Origin: an uncultured Novosphingobium sp.
GTDB taxonomy: Bacteria > Pseudomonadota > Alphaproteobacteria > Sphingomonadales > Sphingomonadaceae
Length of the DNA stretch: 64,000 bases
Direction: 5' to 3'
NCBI GenBank assembly: GCA_947085475.1
Contig: CAMTWP010000009.1
Span: 124 to 64,123 of the forward strand
This document shows positions 58,521 through 64,000 of the stretch, one piece after another. A model generated the notes under the pieces. It saw only the letters and a list, made by a program, of their open reading frames with translations, was not told the DNA's origin and did no database searches. The position numbers were made by a program, and so were the translations under genes. The stretch's first letter is position 1; each line of letters starts with the position of its first letter.

Positions 58521-58924
58521 CGTTACTTGGCTCAATGCAAAGTGCTCCGCCGGTAATACCGAGGTGTGTGCCAATGTTCTGGCAAATGCTCAATGTTTCA
58601 ATCCAACGTCACGATTACCAGCAACCACTGGGTTATGCAGGACTTTTCCTCCACAGAATCTGCTCAGGGCGGGTTGCGTAGCGACCCATCAAAGCAATCT
58701 TACATTGAGCAGACGCAGGCATGAACACTTCCATGCGCACTGAGCCTTGCGTCTCCGCTTCTGGTGACGATTGATAGCGCGGGCTTGATGCCTCGCGCAG
58801 AAGTGCTTTGAAGGTTTCTGCCAGAATCTATACGGGGCCCGGATTGGTCACTTCAGTCGACTCACTCTCAGCTTCCGCGCCTAGCAGCTCATACAAAGGC
58901 AGATCGTCAGGATTTCGAATTAAA

Positions 58925-59755
58925 ATGAATTATCGCCATTCCTACCATGCTGGCAATAGTGCCGATGTCGTGAAGCACAGCATGCTGATCGCCCTCGTGC
59001 GGGCCTTGCAGCTCAAAGAGAGCGCGCTGACCCTGATCGACACCCATGCCGGCTGCGGGTTGTACAACCTTGGCGGCGAGGAGGCCCAACGCACCGGCGA
59101 GTCCACGCAGGGCGTGCTGATGGCTCTTGCCGACCCGAACCCCTTGCTGAACGATTACCGCGCCGCCGTTCAGGCGGTGAATACCGGGGCCGAGCCGCAC
59201 TTCTACCCCGGCTCGCCACGGATTTTGGCGCAACTTCTGCGCCCGCAGGATTTCCTGATCTTGAACGAAAAACATCCCGAGGACGCCTATACCCTGCGCG
59301 GCGCGATGCGCGGCACGTCCGCTGCCGTGCATGAGCGAGACGCTTACGAGCTTTGGCTGGCGATGCTGCCGCCCCGCACCGCGCGCGGCGTAGTGCTGGT
59401 CGATCCGCCGTACGAGCAGACGGATGAACGCGAACGTATCGCAACCACCCTTGCCGCCGCTCACCGCAAATGGGCGCATGGCGTGTCGGTGATCTGGTAT
59501 CCGCTGAAAGACCGCGCCACGCATTGGCGCTGGAGGGAGCAATTACGCAAGCTCGGCATCCCGAAATTGCTTCGGGTGGAGCATTGGTTGTACGATAGCG
59601 ATCAGCCTGGAATCTATAATGGCGCGGGCCTTTATATCCTCAATCCGCCCTACGCCTTTACGCAGGCGCTGCCGCCCTTGCTGGAAGCCTTACGCGCCGC
59701 GCTGGCGCCCGAGGGGCATAGGGGCGAGATCACAACCGATTGGTTGAGCGATTAA
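58925..59755 (+). CDS. rlmJ: 23S rRNA (adenine2030-N6)-methyltransferase
   Basis: MNYRHSYHAGNSADVVKH N-terminus and VLVDPPYE catalytic motif. ATG at 58925. Confidence 0.9.
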   Translation: MNYRHSYHAGNSADVVKHSMLIALVRALQLKESALTLIDTHAGCGLYNLGGEEAQRTGESTQGVLMALADPNPLLNDYRAAVQAVNTGAEPHFYPGSPRILAQLLRPQDFLILNEKHPEDAYTLRGAMRGTSAAVHERDAYELWLAMLPPRTARGVVLVDPPYEQTDERERIATTLAAAHRKWAHGVSVIWYPLKDRATHWRWREQLRKLGIPKLLRVEHWLYDSDQPGIYNGAGLYILNPPYAFTQALPPLLEALRAALAPEGHRGEITTDWLSD

Positions 59756-60302
59756 AACAACCTGTCATCGCCTCTTTTCCCAAGGGAGGAATTGCCGCGC
59801 TGCAGGTTGCAAACAAAGCATCTCACGAGATTTGCCGCTGTCGGCCGCTGACTGATTGAGGAGCGATGCATCAGTGCGCAATTCCAGCCTTCAGACACGC
59901 TCCACTGCAGATCGCTTCGCAGTTCCTACTCATACTGATACATGCCGACGTTGACGATACCGGAAAGCTTGTGGATGTTGGTCAAGCTTCAGTGCCTGGC
60001 AGGTTTACCACCACAAACCGACGAGCGGTTACTGATTGGCAGGCACCTGAACGACTTGCTTTAAGGCGGTTTTCACCGCAGTGATCCTCTTGGTGAGACC
60101 GACTGTTCCCAACCAGCTTCTGTCGTTTTGATGCAGTGCCAAGAATGTCGGCATACACTATAACCAGTCATCAGGGTTCATACGTTTCGGCGCTCGCGCG
60201 GGAGCTTATTTGTCGCGAGAGAGTATAGCTTTCAGGCTTACCAATGCCCCGCCCCGTTGCAGGCAACAGCCTCTGGTTCTTTGTCTCAAGGAGCGCTTTG
60301 GC

Positions 60303-60812
60303 ATGACATCACGAATGACACCGACAGAAGAAGCTGCCGCAATAGACGTGCCGGAACCTGCGGGCGGGTGGGGCTCATTGAAGGATATCGCGTCAATCGA
60401 GCTGTCGCAAGCAGCCGGTCCGGGGGCAATCAACACACTTGCCCACCTCAACAAGCCTGACGGTACGGCTTGCACATCGTGTGCGTGGATCAAGCCGCCG
60501 ACCCCGGCACCGCTGGAATTTTGCGAGAACGGGGCGAAGGCAACGCTTTGGGACCTGACGAGCGCGCGGGCCAGGCCCGATTTTTTCAAAAAACAGGCGG
60601 TCAGCGCGCTGAGGGATTGGAGTGCATACGATCTGGAGAAGGAAGGACGGCTGACCGAGCCACTGCGCTACGATCCATCAACAGACCGTTACCTGCGCAC
60701 GACCTGGGCCGAGGCCTTTGCGGCTATTAGTGACAAGTTGAAGCACACAGATCCCGAAGCGATGACGTTCTATACCAGCGGAAAGGCCGCGCTTGAGCCG
60801 AGCTACCTTTAG
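60303..60812 (+). pseudogene. N-terminal ~170-aa fragment of a YdeP/FdhF-like molybdopterin oxidoreductase
   Basis: PAGGWGSLKD...CTSCAWIKPP...EFCENGAKA...FYTSGKA matches the N-terminus of ~760-aa YdeP-type enzymes. The ORF terminates prematurely and the remainder is absent. Confidence 0.6.
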
Positions 60813-61359
60813 GCAGCCTTTGCACGCATGCTTGAACCTGCGGCGATCCACCCATACTGGCCAGTGCCTTTGATTCGAGGCCGACCTTGCCGAGTGCTGA
60901 ATTAATGAAGCCGAGCACCGTCGACAACGCTACCTTTGCGCCTTCGGCGCGGTCCGTTGTGACGGCAAGAAGCTTGAGCTTGCCTGCGAACTTGTCCGGC
61001 GTGGGCACGGCAAAGACAGGCACATCGACCATCAGGAAGTCCTGAGCAGCGCCTTCCGCGCCGGGAAGCCGCTCACCTGAAACACGCTCAACCTTCAGCG
61101 CGATGCCACGCGGAAGTACGACATTGTCGTCGAGAATGTCGCCGGGATTGGTCGAAATGCGCAAGGCGGCGGGATAAGTTCCGGGATTGGCGAACAGGCC
61201 CTGCGCCTTGGCATGAACCGCACGAACCGCGTGGCCATAATCCTCGGCAGTGGTCACCAGAATGTGGTCGAACGACTTTTCGAGGCTGGCATCCGTTTCG
61301 GCTTCGTCGGGTTGCAGTTGTTCGAGTTCAGGGTGAAAGCGAAGCGGGGGAGCAATCAT
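60727..61359 (-). pseudogene. catalase-related (heme, non-canonical) family protein, apparently C-terminally truncated
   Basis: HAVRAVHAKAQGLFA...LRISTNPGD...PRGIALKV...QDFLMV resembles the N-terminal half of ~350-aa catalase-family proteins. The last ~35 aa are out-of-context sequence that overlaps the convergent fragment. Confidence 0.45.
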
Positions 61360-61369
61360 TGGGCGCCTT

Positions 61370-63604
61370 TCAGGCTGGCGACACCAAGGGGTCGGGAAGA
61401 TAGGGGATGATCTTGTCTAGCGTGAGCGGGAAGCTGCGCACGCGCGCGCCACAGGCGTTGTAGACCGCGTTGGCCAAGGCACCAGCCGCCCCGCAAATGC
61501 CAAGTTCGCCCACGCCCTTCGCCTGCAGCGGGCTTGCTGCGGCATCGCGTTCTTCCAGCAGGATCACATCGAGCGCAGGCACATCGGCATGAACCGGCAC
61601 ATGATATTCGGCGAGATCGTGATTGACGAGGTGGCCATCGCGGATGTCGAAGACCAGTTCTTCAGTCAGCGCACTGCCGATGCCCCAGACCATGCCACCC
61701 AAGCACTGCGAACGCGCGGTCTTGGCATTGAGCACCCGACCGAAGCCGAACGCGCCCGTCATGCGGCGCATGCGCACCTCGCCGGTGAAGGCATGGACGG
61801 CAACCTCGGCGAAGAACGCACCGTAGCTGGCCTGTGAAAAATCCTTGAAGGTCTTGCCTGGCTTGATCGAGCCGATCTTGGCGATGTCCTTGCCGTTGAG
61901 GAGATCGGTAAGCAGGCGCTGCGAACCGGCATGGCTAGCGATGCCATCCTTGATTTCTAGCTCTTCCACATCGCAAGCAATCGTTTTGGCAAGCTTCTTA
62001 CGGATCGCCTCGCAGGCGCGCATGACGGCAGAGCCAGTCGAGATCGCGCCGAAGCTCCCGCCCGATCCGGCACCCGGTGGCAGGGTAGTATCGCCCAAGA
62101 CGACCTGCACCTTGCTGATCGGCAAGCCCAGCATTTCACCCGCGATCTGGCCGAGAATGGCATAAGTGCCGGTGCCGATGTCGGTCTGATCGGTTTCGAC
62201 CAGCGCGGTTCCGTCAGCCTTGAGTGTAACCCGGGCCTCGGCGGGGATCATCACATTGACGCGTGCGGCGCTCGCTACTCGCATGCCTATCCACCAGTCG
62301 CCATCGCGGGTCTTGCAGGGCGTAGACTTGCGCTTCTCCCAGCCGAACTGTGCCGCACCCTGTTCCAGTGCCTCGACCAGCATCCTCGAGGAATAAGGCT
62401 TCCCTTTGACCGGGACTTTGGCGGCTATGTTGCGCTTTCTCAGTTCGATCGGATCAATGCCGACCTTTTCGGCCAGCTCGTCCATCGCGGCTTCCAGCAC
62501 CTGCATGCCCACGGCTTCGCCCGGCGCGCGGACGGAGCCCGCCGTCATGCGGCAAATCCGCGCGACCTCAACCTTGAGCAGGCGGTTTTCGCCGCCATAG
62601 AGGAATTCTGTTGCCTGCGTGACTGGTTCCGCAAAGTCCTCATCGGGCAAGTTGGAAACATGGGCTTCGTGGCCGAGGCCGATAAGCCTGCCCGCCGCAT
62701 CGGCAGCAAGACGCACCCGCTGGCGCGTTTCGGATCGGCGCATCACGGTCTGGAAGACCTGCTGCCGCGTCATCACCACGCGGACCGGGCGGCCCAGTTC
62801 CTTGGCCGCAATAGCTGCCGCCACGGCTTCATGCGTAATGCCCAGCTTGGAGCCAAAACCACCGCCCACATAGGGCGCGATGATCCGTACCTTTTTCGGC
62901 GAAATCGACAGGCAATCGGCGATCTCTTTCACATTGAAGGCCAGCATTTGATAGCTGCCCCGCAGGATCAGTTGGTCGTCCTGCCACTCGGCAATCGTCG
63001 CGTGCGGCTCCATCGCGGCACTGGCGTGGCCGGGAGTGTCGTATGCGACATCAATGCTGAACGCGGCGTCGCGCATCGCCTGATCCAGATCCCCGCCTTT
63101 CACGGGTTTGCTGTCCGACGGTGTTTCTACCTCTGCCTCCGGGCTTTCGGGGGCAAACGGCACCGCAATTTTGGCGCTTTCGTATTCAACTTTCAGCGCA
63201 AGCGCGGCATCGCGTGCCTGCTCAAAGGTTTCGGCCACGACGAGCGCTACAGGCTGTGCAAAGTAATCGACTGTCTGCACATCCTGCACAGGTGCCTTGC
63301 CCGCAGTTCCCTGTGTGGAACGGCGAACCATTGCCTTATGGGCAAGCACGGCCAACACACCGGGCATGGTCATCACTTCGTCACTTTGGATGGTCTTGAC
63401 CGTGCCTTGCGGAACGTCTGCCAGCACCAGCACGCCTTCGACGCAGCCTTCGATCTTCCACTCAGCGGAGTAAGTGGCCGTGCCGCTGACCTTAAGCGGA
63501 CCTTCCGGGCGGTCGAGCGGCTTGCCGATCACGCCCTGCTTCATCGTGTCGAGCAGATTGCGCTCGTCGGGCGTGTTGTACATGTCGGCCAAAGTCATGC
63601 GCAT
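61370..63604 (-). CDS. xanthine dehydrogenase family molybdopterin-binding subunit (aldehyde oxidase/CoxL-like)
   Basis: 744 aa. Has the a/b hammerhead and Mo-cofactor binding segments (GGGFGSK, GVGELG). Confidence 0.9.
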   Translation of the reverse strand: MRMTLADMYNTPDERNLLDTMKQGVIGKPLDRPEGPLKVSGTATYSAEWKIEGCVEGVLVLADVPQGTVKTIQSDEVMTMPGVLAVLAHKAMVRRSTQGTAGKAPVQDVQTVDYFAQPVALVVAETFEQARDAALALKVEYESAKIAVPFAPESPEAEVETPSDSKPVKGGDLDQAMRDAAFSIDVAYDTPGHASAAMEPHATIAEWQDDQLILRGSYQMLAFNVKEIADCLSISPKKVRIIAPYVGGGFGSKLGITHEAVAAAIAAKELGRPVRVVMTRQQVFQTVMRRSETRQRVRLAADAAGRLIGLGHEAHVSNLPDEDFAEPVTQATEFLYGGENRLLKVEVARICRMTAGSVRAPGEAVGMQVLEAAMDELAEKVGIDPIELRKRNIAAKVPVKGKPYSSRMLVEALEQGAAQFGWEKRKSTPCKTRDGDWWIGMRVASAARVNVMIPAEARVTLKADGTALVETDQTDIGTGTYAILGQIAGEMLGLPISKVQVVLGDTTLPPGAGSGGSFGAISTGSAVMRACEAIRKKLAKTIACDVEELEIKDGIASHAGSQRLLTDLLNGKDIAKIGSIKPGKTFKDFSQASYGAFFAEVAVHAFTGEVRMRRMTGAFGFGRVLNAKTARSQCLGGMVWGIGSALTEELVFDIRDGHLVNHDLAEYHVPVHADVPALDVILLEERDAAASPLQAKGVGELGICGAAGALANAVYNACGARVRSFPLTLDKIIPYLPDPLVSPA

Positions 63605-63607
63605 GGG

Positions 63608-64000
63608 TCAGGCCCTTCCGATTCGGGTGGCTTCGTTCAACGTGGCGGCCAGCGCGCGCGCGACGAGCGGGATCTTAAAATCGTTCTCACCAAAGCCTTG
63701 CGCGTCTATGAGCAGGACTTCGGCCGCTTTTGCGAAGAGCGCTGGACTTGGCGTTTCGCCGATCAGCACTTGCTCAACTGCCGGATCGCGCCATGGCACA
63801 GTTCCAAGACTGCCAAAGCCAAGTGCGCAACGCGCAATGCGGCCCTGTTCCATCGTAAGGTCCACAGCCAGAGAGACCAGCGCAAAGGCATAGGACGCAC
63901 GGTCCCGCACTTTGCGGTAAAGCTGCACGCCGCCTGTGGGAGAGGGAAGCCGCACAGCCGTTATGAGTTCGCCCGCCTCGAGCACATTGTCGCGCGAGGG
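63608..64000 (-). CDS. xanthine dehydrogenase family FAD-binding subunit, C-terminal part (5' end outside window)
   Basis: CO dehydrogenase flavoprotein C-terminal domain pattern (YRKVRDRASYAFALVSLAV). Stop is 3 nt before the Mo-subunit start. Confidence 0.85.
   Translation of the reverse strand, partial: PSRDNVLEAGELITAVRLPSPTGGVQLYRKVRDRASYAFALVSLAVDLTMEQGRIARCALGFGSLGTVPWRDPAVEQVLIGETPSPALFAKAAEVLLIDAQGFGENDFKIPLVARALAATLNEATRIGRA

Noticed and set aside
59866-60084. 72-aa ORF in the 550-bp non-coding stretch after rlmJ
   Set aside because: It has no RBS, atypical composition and no recognisable motif in any frame. The region is more likely degraded remnant DNA next to the truncated oxidoreductase.

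Overview
Chromosomal segment from a GC-rich alphaproteobacterium. The gene content looks Sphingomonadales-like (EcfG/NepR/PhyR stress locus, LptFG, PhaC/phasin), but that taxonomic call is inference. Most of the window is ordinary housekeeping DNA: gltBD, sucC, pheA, rlmE-ppx, glmM-thiD, sodB, lptFG, clpS, phaP-phaC, rlmJ and a xanthine-dehydrogenase-family enzyme. Five regions stand out. (1) A 7.6-kb AT-richer element lies 5 nt downstream of tRNA-Gln(CUG). It has 12-bp perfect terminal inverted repeats flanked by TTTC on both sides, and reiterated subterminal GTGGAAT-type motifs (about 6 at one end, 2 at the other). It has no intact transposase or integrase. It carries a tightly coupled six-gene operon of proteins I cannot assign, a divergent ArsR regulator, a very AT-rich secreted-protein gene, and decayed helicase-associated/DUF429 and TnsA-like genes. 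This is my best candidate for an undescribed system. (2) A general-stress-response locus has three canonical GGAAC-N16/17-CGTT promoters. One of them drives an unannotated, GsrN-like small RNA with a C-rich loop. (3) A six-gene, overlap-coupled DUF4129-DUF4350-MoxR-DUF58-SpoIIM-like-RDD operon of unknown function. (4) A secreted TPR-CHAT (caspase-like) protein sits beside tRNA-Cys and has eight exact 126-bp-period repeats. (5) A 272-bp MITE-like element is bounded by 15-bp perfect inverted repeats. No rRNA, CRISPR array or intact prophage was seen. All domain assignments come from motif recognition by eye, not from database searches.
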